Origin: Thermostichus sp. DRC_bins_24
GTDB lineage: Bacteria > Cyanobacteriota > Cyanobacteriia > Thermostichales > Thermostichaceae
Length of the DNA: 64,000 nucleotides
NCBI GenBank assembly: GCA_039794845.1
Contig: JAUQVK010000084.1
Span: 1-64,000 of the forward strand
Direction of reading: 5' to 3'
Shown here: positions 29,836 through 39,685 of the stretch, piece by piece
How the letters are laid out: the number at the start of each line of letters is the position of its first letter
How positions within the stretch are numbered: position 1 is the first letter of the stretch
Notes under the pieces: generated by a model
Database searches by the model: none
What the model was told of the DNA's origin: nothing
The model's input: only the letters and a program-made list of their open reading frames with translations
Made by a program: the position numbers and the translations under genes

Positions 29836-29870
29836 ACCCAATAAATCAGAAACCAAAGGATGGCCTGCCC

Positions 29871-30827
29871 ATGATCGGGATCCGCGTGCCGCATCCCTGG
29901 CAAAAGGAAACTGCAGTCACACCGGAAGCTTTGTTTTGGAATCGGCGGCGATTTCTCACCCAACTGGGATCCGCCGGGGCAGGGGTGAGTTTCTCGATTT
30001 TTGGCTTTGGCGGGCGGACTGAGGTTCCTTCTGTAGAGCGGGATTTGAGTGGCATCCCCCAGAACCCCCTTTTTTCGGATCCGGGACGCCCCCTCACCGA
30101 GGAGATCGTGGCGGCTCGCTACAACAATTTTTATGAATTTGGATCCGGTAAACGCGTTTGGCGGGGGGCACAGGCTTTGCCGACGGATCCCTGGACGGTA
30201 GAAATCACGGGATTGGTGCGGCAACCGCAGCAGTTGGGCCTTGAAGATCTGTTTAACTTCCCCCTGGAGGAGCGCATCTATCGCTTTCGCTGTGTAGAAG
30301 CCTGGGCAATGGTGGTGCCCTGGTTGGGCTTTCCGATGCGGTTGTTGATTGAACGGGTGGATCCCTTGCCGGAGGCCAAATTCGTCCGGTTTACCTCCTA
30401 TTACGACCGTCAGATCATGTACGGCCCCATTTGGCCCCCCAACTTGCCCTGGCCCTATACCGAGGGGCTACGGATTGAGGAAATGGCCAATGAACTGGCG
30501 TTTTTCGCCCTGGGGATCTACGGCAAACCTCTCCCCAAACAACATGGGGCCCCGATTCGTATGGTGATTCCCTGGAAATATGGCTTTAAGGGGGGAAAAT
30601 CCATCGTCAAAATCGAATTTTTGGCCCACCAGCCCCCCACTTTTTGGAATACCCTCGCCCCCGATGAATATGGGTTTGAAGCCAATGTGGATCCGACAGT
30701 GCCCCATCCCCGTTGGTCACAGGAGCAGGAAACCCTAATCGGATTTGGATCCCGTACCCATTGGCAGACGGTGCCGACATTGCCCTACAACGGCTACGGA
30801 GAGTATGTGGCTCATTTGTATAGCTGA
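29871..30827 (+). CDS. msrP: Protein-methionine-sulfoxide reductase catalytic subunit
   Basis: Tat NRRRFL, YNNFYEF, YRFRCVEAW, QHGAPIR--PWKYGFK. Confidence 0.95.
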   Translation: MIGIRVPHPWQKETAVTPEALFWNRRRFLTQLGSAGAGVSFSIFGFGGRTEVPSVERDLSGIPQNPLFSDPGRPLTEEIVAARYNNFYEFGSGKRVWRGAQALPTDPWTVEITGLVRQPQQLGLEDLFNFPLEERIYRFRCVEAWAMVVPWLGFPMRLLIERVDPLPEAKFVRFTSYYDRQIMYGPIWPPNLPWPYTEGLRIEEMANELAFFALGIYGKPLPKQHGAPIRMVIPWKYGFKGGKSIVKIEFLAHQPPTFWNTLAPDEYGFEANVDPTVPHPRWSQEQETLIGFGSRTHWQTVPTLPYNGYGEYVAHLYS

Positions 30828-30855
30828 CGGCAAAAAAGAGGGAGAATTACAAAAG

Positions 30856-30929
30856 CGCCCACGAAAGGATTCGAACCTCCGACACCTGGGACCGGAACCC
30901 AGTGCTCTAGTCCACTGAGCTACGTGGGC
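30856..30929 (-). tRNA. tRNA-Arg(CCG)
   Basis: GCCCACGTAGCTCAGTGGACTAGAGCA-CTGGG-TT-CCG-GT-CCCAG-GTGTC-GGAGGTTCGAATCCTTT-CGTGGGCG. Confidence 0.95.
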
Positions 30930-30953
30930 AGCACAACTGCGTCTCGCATTCTA

Positions 30954-31583
30954 TCAATTTGCTTTCAGCTCTGCCAAGTGGACAAAGCTGCGGCGGTGCT
31001 GTGGGGTAAGCCCCAAGTCTTGCAGGGCCTGTCGGTGCTCTCGCGTGCCATAGCCGACATTGGTTCGCCAACCATAGCCAGGGTAGTGTTGATCCCACTC
31101 TTGCATCAGGGTATCTCTCCAGACCTTAGCGAGAATAGAAGCCGCCGCAATGGATAAGCTTTTTTGATCCCCTTTCACCAGGGCGGTATGTCGGGATCCC
31201 AACTCGGCCAGCGGTAATCCATCCAGCAAAATGTACTCAACCTCGCCCAACTCAGCCAAGGCCCGTTGCATGGCCAGCACTGTCGCCTGTCGAATGTTGA
31301 TCCGGTCAATTTCTGCCGCAGAAGCGCTGCCGATCCCCACCCCTAGAGCAACCCGTCGAATCCGCTCTGCCCAGTGAATCCGTTGGGCTAGGCGCAGTTG
31401 TTTGGAATCCCTCACCCCCTCTAGCTCTGCGGGATCCATCTCTACGGGCAAAATCACCGCCGCCGCTACCACCGGCCCCGCCAGGGATCCCCGCCCCACT
31501 TCATCCACCCCCGCGACCCGGCGGATCCCCTGTTGCCAAAGGGATCCCTCCCAAACCAAACTGGGCTTTATCTGCTTTGCCAT
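30954..31583 (-). CDS. rnhB: Ribonuclease HII
   Basis: [30 protein letters not shown]. Confidence 0.96.
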   Translation of the reverse strand: MAKQIKPSLVWEGSLWQQGIRRVAGVDEVGRGSLAGPVVAAAVILPVEMDPAELEGVRDSKQLRLAQRIHWAERIRRVALGVGIGSASAAEIDRINIRQATVLAMQRALAELGEVEYILLDGLPLAELGSRHTALVKGDQKSLSIAAASILAKVWRDTLMQEWDQHYPGYGWRTNVGYGTREHRQALQDLGLTPQHRRSFVHLAELKAN

Positions 31584-31617
31584 ACCCCTTTGCCATACCC
31601 CAGGGCGTCAACAACAG

Positions 31618-31790
31618 ACCAAACGTTGCCTTAAAGGGATGAGTGGACGCAAGAAGCAGTTCTTCCTGCGAGACATCCGACGATACATTGTGCAATCCAA
31701 GAGCAGGCTCACAAGCCAGGAGTTGCCGTCTTTGTACTCGAAGATTGGTCTGGAATTCGGAACCAGCGTCGCGGCAAAAAGCTGAACCCG
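31618..31790 (+). mobile_element. Degenerate tnpB (IS200/IS605) internal fragment
   Basis: Frameshifted [18 protein letters not shown] then [22 protein letters not shown] (RuvC-II-like LED--GIR). Confidence 0.5.
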
Positions 31791-32036
31791 CAGTAGATGG
31801 GATCCCTGGGTAGGGTGGATCCCGTAGCAGATGAAGCGAGAACCAGAACGGGAACAAGTGAGAAGCCCCAGGCGACTATAGGGTGGCGGCGAAATCTGCT
31901 GAATGTGTTGGGGAATACACGGGTTTTGAGTGGTTCTCGTCTAACCTTTTTCATGGATGCGGGCGCAAAACCTAGTAGGGCCGCTAAGCTGACGATTCCT
32001 CAACCCTCGTTCACCCCTCAATTAGGAGCAACAACC

Positions 32037-32900
32037 GTGATCAAGCAAGCTCTCTCCTACGGCCTCGGCCTGAGCCTCATCCTGGCCGGTAGCCAAGCGC
32101 TGGCCCAATCCACCCCGGATAAGTTGGTGCTGGGGATGGTGCCTTCTCGGGAGGCGGAACGGATTGTCGATAGCCTCGATCCCTTTGCCGAGCTGCTGAG
32201 CGAAAAGCTTGGGATCCCGGTGGAAACCTTTGTATCCACAGACTATACCGGCTTGGTGGAAGCGATAGGTACCAACCGAGTGGATATTGGTCTGTTTGGC
32301 CCGGCGGCTTTGGTGGAAGCGGTGGATCGTCACAATGCCGAGGTGATTTTGGCTTCCGTACGGCGGGGCTCCACCACCTACCGGTCTCAGTTCAACATTC
32401 CCTGTGGCGGCGAGATCGACAGCTTTGACGACTTGAAGGGCAGAACCATTGCCTTCGTGGATCCGGGCTCTGCCTCAGGTTACCAGTTCCCCTTTGTGTT
32501 TTTAAGGGATGAGCACAATATTGATGCCAACGTGGATATGCAGCCGATCTTCGCGGGTGCCCACGATGCTGCGGTGTTGGCGGTTTACAACGGCGATGTG
32601 GATGTGTCGGTGTCTTTTGAGGATGCTCGTACCACCATCGCCAACGATCACCCGGATGTGAACGAGAAGGTGTGTGTGTTGGGCTATACCTCGGATATTC
32701 CCAACGACGGCACTGTGGTGCGGGCTGGTCTGCCGGAGGGTTTGTCAGAGCAGATTGCCACGGCGATGATCGAGATTGCCGAGACGGAAGAGGGCCGAAA
32801 ACTCACCGAGGCTCTGTTCAATGTCACCGGTTTTGCCCCTATCGACTCCTCTGCCTACGACATTGTGCGGGAAGTCTCGAGCACCTTCCGCCGCAATTGA
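32037..32900 (+). CDS. phnD: Phosphate/phosphite/phosphonate ABC substrate-binding protein
   Basis: DY-GLVEA, DP-SASGY-FP, G-HDA, IPND; GTG start after an AGGAG RBS. Confidence 0.88.
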   Translation: MIKQALSYGLGLSLILAGSQALAQSTPDKLVLGMVPSREAERIVDSLDPFAELLSEKLGIPVETFVSTDYTGLVEAIGTNRVDIGLFGPAALVEAVDRHNAEVILASVRRGSTTYRSQFNIPCGGEIDSFDDLKGRTIAFVDPGSASGYQFPFVFLRDEHNIDANVDMQPIFAGAHDAAVLAVYNGDVDVSVSFEDARTTIANDHPDVNEKVCVLGYTSDIPNDGTVVRAGLPEGLSEQIATAMIEIAETEEGRKLTEALFNVTGFAPIDSSAYDIVREVSSTFRRN

Positions 32901-32969
32901 GCGTACCCCCAAAGGGATCCTCACGGTTGGTTGGGGATCCCGCATTTCTCCTAGCCCCTCCCTGGCAGC

Positions 32970-33743
32970 ATGATCAGCTTTGACGGCGTAGAAGTCACCT
33001 ATCCGAATGGGTATCAAGCCCTGAAGGGGATCAACCTCGATATTCCCAAGGGGCAATTTGTGGTCATCGTCGGCTTGTCAGGGGCGGGCAAATCCACCCT
33101 GATTCGCACCATCAACAACTTGGTGGTGCCCTCCAAAGGCGAGGTGCGGGTGGGAGGCCGTTCCATCACGCGAGCACGGGGGGCGGAGCTACGTAAAATG
33201 CGGGCCAGCATCGGCATGATCTTTCAAACCTACAACCTGGTGAAACGCACCACGGTGCTGCGGAATGTGTTGTCGGGCCGGTTGGGCAGCGCCAATCCGG
33301 TGGCCAGTTTGTTGGGGATCTTCTCCAAGTCGGATCTGCTCATGGCCCATGCCTGTTTGCAGCGGGTCGGGATCCCGGAAAAAGCTTATGTGCGGGCGGA
33401 TGCCCTGTCGGGGGGGCAACAACAGCGGGTGGGGATCGCCCGTGCCCTTGCCCAGCAGCCGCAGGTGATGTTGGCGGATGAGCCGGTGGCCAGCCTGGAT
33501 CCGCCTACGGCCAACGCCGTCATGGGGGATCTAAAGCGCATTACCCGCGAAGATGGCATCACGACGCTGGTGAATCTGCATTTTATCGATATGGCCCGCG
33601 ACTATGCCGATCGCATCATTGGCATGCGGGCCGGGGAAGTGGTGTTCGATGGTACGCCAGCCGAGGCTACGGATCAGGTGTTCACCGAGATCTATGGCCG
33701 CTCTATCGATAAAGAAAAAGATTTACTGAGGCAGGCCAGCTGA
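32970..33743 (+). CDS. phnC: Phosphonate ABC ATP-binding protein
   Basis: GLSGAGKST, LSGGQQQRV, ADEPVASLDP. Confidence 0.92.
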   Translation: MISFDGVEVTYPNGYQALKGINLDIPKGQFVVIVGLSGAGKSTLIRTINNLVVPSKGEVRVGGRSITRARGAELRKMRASIGMIFQTYNLVKRTTVLRNVLSGRLGSANPVASLLGIFSKSDLLMAHACLQRVGIPEKAYVRADALSGGQQQRVGIARALAQQPQVMLADEPVASLDPPTANAVMGDLKRITREDGITTLVNLHFIDMARDYADRIIGMRAGEVVFDGTPAEATDQVFTEIYGRSIDKEKDLLRQAS

Positions 33744-34537
33744 TGATGGGATCCCCTCCAACCCTGCCGCAACCGCCCTTGCTGCCCCGCCTAATCGGCA
33801 TTGGCTCCTGGGCTCTGTTTCTGGCTTTGCTTTTGACTTCCGCCCATTTCACGAATTTCTCCTTACAGACGCTAGCCCAAGGGATCCCGGATTTTTTCGC
33901 CTTTTTTGGCAAGATGTGGCCCCTCGACTGGCGGGCTCTGCCGGAAATTTGGCAACCGCTTTTGGAGACGCTGCAAATTGCCTATTTGGGCACATTGTTT
34001 GGTGTGCTGCTGGCCATTCCTTTTGTTTTTTGGGGATCCCGGAACACAACGGCCAACCCCTGGGTGATGTGGTTGGTGCGGGGCTTCTTGACTTTAGTGC
34101 GCAGCGTGCCGGATCTGCTCTATGCCGCCATTTGTGTGGGCATTCTCTCTTTTGGTCCATTGCCGGGGGTGGTGGCGATCGTCATCTTTACGGCCTCGGT
34201 ATTGGCCAAGCTGGGGAGTGAAACGGTGGAAGCCATCGATCCCGGCCCTTTGGAGGCGTTGCAAGCGGTGGGCGCAGGGCGCCTGCAGCAGATCGTTTAC
34301 GGGGTGGTACCCCAAATTGCCGCCACCATGGCCTCTTACGTGTTGTACATTTTCGAGATCAATGTACGGGCTTCGACCGTGTTGGGGTTTGTCGGCGCCG
34401 GCGGCATCGGACAATTGTTGCGCACCTATCTGAGCTTTTTTGACTATCGCGGCACTGCCGTGCTGATTTTGATCGTGTTTGGGGTGGTGTTGCTGATCGA
34501 TGCGGTATCCAGCTACGCCCGTTCTAAGTTGATCTAG
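33743..34537 (+). CDS. phnE: Phosphonate ABC permease
   Basis: E--EAIDPGP-EAL-A-GA, FEINVR-STVLG-VGAGGIG. Confidence 0.92.
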   Translation: MMGSPPTLPQPPLLPRLIGIGSWALFLALLLTSAHFTNFSLQTLAQGIPDFFAFFGKMWPLDWRALPEIWQPLLETLQIAYLGTLFGVLLAIPFVFWGSRNTTANPWVMWLVRGFLTLVRSVPDLLYAAICVGILSFGPLPGVVAIVIFTASVLAKLGSETVEAIDPGPLEALQAVGAGRLQQIVYGVVPQIAATMASYVLYIFEINVRASTVLGFVGAGGIGQLLRTYLSFFDYRGTAVLILIVFGVVLLIDAVSSYARSKLI

Positions 34538-34555
34538 GTTGATCGAGCTCCTAGC

Positions 34556-35494
34556 CTAGCTAAGGCTGAGGCTTTGGGGATCCGCTTCCAGGAGGATGCC
34601 GGTGGGGACAGACTGAGTCACCCAGAAATCCACATTTTGAAAGTGACGACGCAAGGTATCCCGCGCTTGAGTGGCCAGTTCCAAACTGGGCATGATCCCG
34701 AAGACCGTTGGCCCCGACCCAGACATCAGGGATCCCAGTGCACCTGCTGAGAGGATGGCTTGGCGTAACTCCCTCACAAGGGCATACTCTGCCAAAACCG
34801 GCTGCTCCAGGTCATTGCGCAAACCCTTGGCCAATGCAAGTGGATCCTGACGGTTGAGGGCCGCCAACACCTGCGGCAAGGTGGAAGCAGGTGTGGGAGT
34901 AGAGGCAGCATCCCCCTGGCGGGAGCGAAAGGCTTGGTAGGCCCAGGCGGTAGAAACCCCCAAATGTCTGGGTTTGGCCAACAGCAGAGGGATCCCCTCC
35001 CAATCCGCCAGCGGTTCCAAAAGCTCTCCGCGCCCGGTGGCCAGTTGCGTTCCCCCCTGCACACAAAAGGGAATGTCGGATCCCAGCCGAGAGGCCAAGC
35101 GCTGCAACTCTCCCACCGTCAGGCCCAATCCCCACAGTTGGTTCAATCCCACCAGCACTGCCGCTGCGTTGGCCGAGCCGCCGGCTAAACCTGCCGCCAC
35201 CGGAATGTGCTTTTCGATGTGAATCTCAACCCCAGCAGAGGAGTGACACTCTTTTTGCAAGAGCTCAGCCGCTTTGTAGGCAAGGTTGCTGGCATCGGCA
35301 GGCACCTCGGGGTGATCACAGGTGAGTTGGATGCCGTGATGACGGCGCTTCAACTGCACCCGATCCGCCAAGTGGATGCTCTGCAACACCATCGCCACCT
35401 CTGAATACCCATCGGGACGGGATCCGAGAATTTCCAGGTAGAGATTAATTTTGGCGCGGGCGATCAGGGTACAGGCTTGCATCAGAGAAGGCAT
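34556..35494 (-). CDS. ispE: 4-diphosphocytidyl-2-C-methyl-D-erythritol kinase
   Basis: AKINL-L, IP-AAGLAGGS, GSD-PF, MSGSGPT. Confidence 0.96.
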   Translation of the reverse strand: MPSLMQACTLIARAKINLYLEILGSRPDGYSEVAMVLQSIHLADRVQLKRRHHGIQLTCDHPEVPADASNLAYKAAELLQKECHSSAGVEIHIEKHIPVAAGLAGGSANAAAVLVGLNQLWGLGLTVGELQRLASRLGSDIPFCVQGGTQLATGRGELLEPLADWEGIPLLLAKPRHLGVSTAWAYQAFRSRQGDAASTPTPASTLPQVLAALNRQDPLALAKGLRNDLEQPVLAEYALVRELRQAILSAGALGSLMSGSGPTVFGIMPSLELATQARDTLRRHFQNVDFWVTQSVPTGILLEADPQSLSLS

Positions 35495-35628
35495 TGCTAC
35501 AGCAAAAACGCTTTGGGCTAGGGGGCAACGGCTGCGTTCGGTCGATGCACGCCAACCCCAGACACTCCCGGCAGCGAGTCAGCCTGATTCTAACGGCAAT
35601 GGATCCCCAGGATCCCGATCGCCAAAGG

Positions 35629-36081
35629 CTAGCCGTGAGAATGGGGCCATTTGCCCAGCCACTCCCCACCGCGAAACCGCCAACGGGGAAACAAAATGCG
35701 CATCACCACCCAAGCACTGAGGTAAAGGCAAACCCAGACCACACTGTAGTGGAGGATAAAATCCCCCAGGTAAAACCGTTGGGTGGGAATATAGGGCAGG
35801 CCCGTGAGCGTGAGCACAGTGCCCAAAAACAAGCCCTCCCAAATGCCGGCCAAAAGCTGGAGGATCCCCGGCCAGTCGTGATCCCACATCCACCCCAGCA
35901 GGTAGTTGTAAACCATATCCCAAATGCAGCCAAACACGCCCACGTAGAGCAACACCCAAAAATAGATGAAACTGCCGCCATGACCTGTGAGGCCAAAGTA
36001 AAAAGGTAACGTGGCCAAAACCCCGACAGTGGACAACAGAAAAATACGGGTTTGCCAACGGCCAATCAGAGTTGGAGTCAT
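35629..36081 (-). CDS. Conserved hypothetical membrane protein
   Basis: MTPTLIGRWQTR...WD-DWP...FPRWRF-GG-W; four TM segments; GGAGG RBS. Confidence 0.8.
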   Translation of the reverse strand: MTPTLIGRWQTRIFLLSTVGVLATLPFYFGLTGHGGSFIYFWVLLYVGVFGCIWDMVYNYLLGWMWDHDWPGILQLLAGIWEGLFLGTVLTLTGLPYIPTQRFYLGDFILHYSVVWVCLYLSAWVVMRILFPRWRFRGGEWLGKWPHSHG

Positions 36082-36150
36082 GCCTCCCTCCAGAAGTTGA
36101 AGTGAGAAGTTATGGTCCTTTGATCCTTTGAATTGAGTTTGCAACATCTG

Positions 36151-36190
36151 CCCTCACCCACAGCCCCTCTCCCCCTTTGGGGGAGGAGAG
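36151..36190. repeat. REP/SDR-like intergenic hairpin element
   Basis: CCCTCACCCACAGCCCCTCTCCCCC-TTT-GGGGGAGGAGAG. Confidence 0.4.
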
Positions 36191-36225
36191 TCAGAAAGTG
36201 TATCGTTCTTATCACCGAAGCGTCT

Positions 36226-38247
36226 TTAGGAAGGACTGATGTTTAAGGCCCATTTACACCATTGCCACAGGGATCCAATCCCTTCCAAGGTTCTCATGCC
36301 TGGTGCCCGCACCCGCACCAAATGTTCTGCCGAACGATGGGCACAGTATTGCAAGCCCAAAAAGGTATCCACCGGCGCGTAGGGGCCCCCCAAGGTGATG
36401 ATCCCGGCAGCATACATCCGCCCATCCCGATTGCGCATGTCCACCAGCTCAAAATCATTGGAAACGTGGAGCCGTCCGTAGGGATTCAGAGGCAAATTGT
36501 AGTGGGTGATCAGATCATTGAGGAGAGGATTGGTCATGGGATCCGAAACCAAACCGGTGCAGTCGATAACAAAATCCGCCTCGACTTTCATTTGCGTGTT
36601 GTTGTGGGTGCCCTGAATGTAGGTGATCGGCTTGCCCTTGTCGCTGAGCACCACCGACTCCACCTTGCCAAACACGATCGAATACCAGCCCTCTCGTAAC
36701 CCTTGGCGAACCGCCCGCCGCCATTTTCGCCGACTGGCTGTTGTGGTGCCCCCCCACACTTCCAACAACTCCCGGCGCTCCAGCGGAGTAGCGGCCTCCA
36801 ATTTGGCCCGCAGATCTCCCCCCCAAGTGCCCTTGGGCCAGTTGTAGGGTTGAAACTCCCAATGGTTATCCACCGTCCGTTTGGCCCGTCCAAAACGATT
36901 GCCGGTCTTGGGGGAACGGCTCAGATGCACCACCGAAATACGAGGGTTCATTTTGCGGGCTTCGTAAAGGCGATCCATCACCTGTGAGGCGACAATGCCA
37001 AAGCCGCGAATCAAAACGGTACCGCCTTGTTTCTCCAAATGCTCGTAGACGTGAGGATGCGGCTCGTAGCCGTGCACCACAGATTTGAGATCCCCCGTTT
37101 GTTCCCGAAACTCCTGTAGGTCATTGAGCAACTTAATGGCGGGATAACCGGTCGCCAAATGCAGGTACTTGGCCACCATAAAGCGGTGATCCGTGTGGCC
37201 CGGTCGCGTTGCGGAATAGGCCACCACATAGCGCCCATCCTCCGTTTTGCGAATGGCACGAATATGGCCGTAGCAGAGCATTTGATCCCAGCTAATTCGG
37301 GCCGCTTCTCGATCCATAGAGGCAAACACATCCCCCGCTCGCGGCGTGTAGGTATCCGCCAACAAAGGCTCGCTAAACACCTGCCACAAAAAGCCAAATG
37401 CCTCCAACAGACGGCCCGAAAAAAAAGAGCGCCAAGCATCTCGCAGGGCATAGCCGGGCCAGCCCCAGATGTTGTCTGGGCAGGAATCCGAACCGGAACG
37501 AATTCGCTTCCAGCGGGGGATCTGACAATTGTTCAGCAGACGGTCGTACCGTTCGTAGGGTTTCTTGGCAATGCTAATCACCCGGATATGTTCGGGCTTG
37601 ACCCCATGAATGCGCAGGGTATCTACCCAAACAAAGCTGCCCATGCCGCCGCCCAAAGCCAGATAGTTGGTTTCCTCCACGGGGAGACCGGTGGCTTTTA
37701 GAGCACTGAGGGAAATTTGCTCGGCCCGAAACAACTGGGGTGGGGGAAATTCGGAACCGGTCCGCACATCAGGGGGTTGCTCGGGGGCGAAAACAACCGT
37801 GGATGGAGGGGGAATCTCGACGGTATCAGGACGAATCAGGTCGGTGCGGGGCTCCAGCAAAAGGGTACGGGTGCCGCGATGGGCGCCAGTGAGGAGGGTG
37901 GCGCTGGGATCCCCGGAGGGCAGCAAACTGACGGTGACGCTGTAGGGGCCAAACTGTACGACTTCTCCGCCCTTGAGCACCTGACGGGCCTGCCGAATTT
38001 TTTCGCCGTTGATGCGACTGCCATTGGCACTACGATCTTCGTAGATCACTTGGCCATCGTCGCTTCGATAAACCAGGGCATGGTAGCGAGAAATTTCTTG
38101 GCTAACAAACACGGCCCGGGCCACTTCTTTGCCCTGCCATTCCTGGGGCAGTTGCGCCAGATCTCTGCCCAAAGCCAGAGGCAGTGGGAAAATCGGCTCC
38201 TGCTGTTCTTCGGTAATGGGGTCTTCCCAACTCAGCTGAACTTGCAT
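36226..38247 (-). CDS. FHA domain fused to a two-dinucleotide-binding flavoprotein (monooxygenase-like)
   Basis: FHA: LGRD, ISRYHA, SANGSRING; flavoprotein: LGGGMGS, LATGYP, IRGFGIVAS, DFVIDCTG. Confidence 0.82.
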   Translation of the reverse strand: MQVQLSWEDPITEEQQEPIFPLPLALGRDLAQLPQEWQGKEVARAVFVSQEISRYHALVYRSDDGQVIYEDRSANGSRINGEKIRQARQVLKGGEVVQFGPYSVTVSLLPSGDPSATLLTGAHRGTRTLLLEPRTDLIRPDTVEIPPPSTVVFAPEQPPDVRTGSEFPPPQLFRAEQISLSALKATGLPVEETNYLALGGGMGSFVWVDTLRIHGVKPEHIRVISIAKKPYERYDRLLNNCQIPRWKRIRSGSDSCPDNIWGWPGYALRDAWRSFFSGRLLEAFGFLWQVFSEPLLADTYTPRAGDVFASMDREAARISWDQMLCYGHIRAIRKTEDGRYVVAYSATRPGHTDHRFMVAKYLHLATGYPAIKLLNDLQEFREQTGDLKSVVHGYEPHPHVYEHLEKQGGTVLIRGFGIVASQVMDRLYEARKMNPRISVVHLSRSPKTGNRFGRAKRTVDNHWEFQPYNWPKGTWGGDLRAKLEAATPLERRELLEVWGGTTTASRRKWRRAVRQGLREGWYSIVFGKVESVVLSDKGKPITYIQGTHNNTQMKVEADFVIDCTGLVSDPMTNPLLNDLITHYNLPLNPYGRLHVSNDFELVDMRNRDGRMYAAGIITLGGPYAPVDTFLGLQYCAHRSAEHLVRVRAPGMRTLEGIGSLWQWCKWALNISPS

Positions 38248-38564
38248 GGCTTTTGCTCACCTTTTGAGGCACTCAAGAACGATACAACTGCATAGGTCAT
38301 GATGGATTTATCAGGATCCTTTTATTCAATAAACATGGATGGATTATTTGGATGGGTTGGTGGGATCCGTAGAAGAATCGCCGATATCGCTATTGGGATC
38401 CCGATATTTTTTCAACTTTTCCAGCTATTTTTGGAAGAAGGCTGCCCTCAGAAGGGAGTTTACCTATTCTTCCGGCTTTTGTGGGTCGATTCCGATGTCC
38501 AACCGGGGGATGAGAGGGGTTTGCTGTCGAGTTGGTCGTGGGTTGGGAGTGGATTTCGTAGGCC

Positions 38565-39161
38565 TTAGGTTTTATCTTTGGATTTGATCTGGGCATCCAG
38601 AGGTTGTGGGGCCTTAGCAGGTTCTGGTGGGGGGATTACCAACGAAGCACTTAGTACCAAATATCCACAGTAGGGGCAATTTTGGCCCTGATATTCTGGT
38701 GGCAGGTAGTGAGGATTTTGTAGACGGCTACACTTAACCTTGAGAGCATCCAGAGCACCCCGGTTCAAGGTGACGCCACGATCCTTCACCACAGCCTCTA
38801 TAGACTTCACCTTCAACACCACGCGCCCCAGTTGAATTTGGCTGTTGGCCTCGAGGGCTAGCTCCTCTTGAATGATCTTTTGACCATTTACCCAAATGGG
38901 GTTAGGTTGTTTGGGAGGCAAACGATCCCGAGTTAAATTGCGAATGTGAAAGCTTAACCTTTTGGGATCAAAGTAGAGCCCGGCATGAATTCCAGAGACT
39001 GAAAGGGTTTGATCGTTGATCACCACATCACAGCCGGGATCCCGTCCGATGGTGGCCAGCTTGGATGGGTCAGATGAAAGGATTTGGGAGCGGCGGTGCT
39101 CTACACCTTGATCGGCTTCAGCCCATTCTAAGGTTAGTTGGTACACAATCTCATCCTCCAT
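38565..39161 (-). CDS. FHA domain protein with a C-terminal Zn-ribbon-like motif
   Basis: TIGRD--CDV, VSGIHA, N-IWVNG; C...H...CPYCG. Confidence 0.82.
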   Translation of the reverse strand: MEDEIVYQLTLEWAEADQGVEHRRSQILSSDPSKLATIGRDPGCDVVINDQTLSVSGIHAGLYFDPKRLSFHIRNLTRDRLPPKQPNPIWVNGQKIIQEELALEANSQIQLGRVVLKVKSIEAVVKDRGVTLNRGALDALKVKCSRLQNPHYLPPEYQGQNCPYCGYLVLSASLVIPPPEPAKAPQPLDAQIKSKDKT

Positions 39162-39477
39162 GGTTGAATGCCTCCACCCCCTGCGCTTGGCCCCAGTCTA
39201 TCGGAAAACCGATTCGCGACGAGGAGAATGTGTCTTTTTGAGTCAGAATCGTCAATACCCTTCGGGATAAATTTAGTGTATTCTTTGGTAAGCTTGTTTG
39301 CGCTGATCGGGATCACCCCAGTTGGGTTCCTTTCATCACTTCCCCGTTCCCAAACCCCGGAGATCGCCGACCTTCAGACGAAATGGAACTCTCAATTCGC
39401 TCATTTGTGTGCCCTCACTGCCAAGAACGGCATGATAGGGACATCAATGCAGCAATTCATATCTAAAGATGAACAAA

Positions 39478-39685
39478 AATAAAGGTTTGCGGTTTTTGGT
39501 GAGCCAGACCCTGGCTCACTTGGCATTCGGAACCAGTGCTGCTGCCTTTGGAGGCAATGCAAGACCAGCGGGGTATGGACGAAAGGCTCTTACGGCTGAG
39601 GCTGTTGCCTGTGAAGAAGGAAGCCCATGCTCTGGTGCGTCGCAAGGGTGCTCCGCACCCCGCAGACGAGCGTCGGGTAGTTCAC
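39478..39685 (+). mobile_element. IS200/IS605 tnpB 3' end and right end (omegaRNA region) remnant
   Basis: NKGLRFL...GT-A-AFGG-ARP-GYGRK--T-EA-ACE-GS TnpB-tail-like peptide, then GAAGCCCATGCT...AGCGTCGGGTAGTTCAC terminus. Confidence 0.65.

Noticed and set aside
31930..32036. Pho box upstream of phnD
   Set aside because: Only isolated CTAACCT/AAACCT-like half-sites; no convincing 11-bp-spaced array
38299..38596. Small ORFs between the two FHA genes
   Set aside because: Overlapping low-complexity ORFs on both strands, with no motif or RBS support
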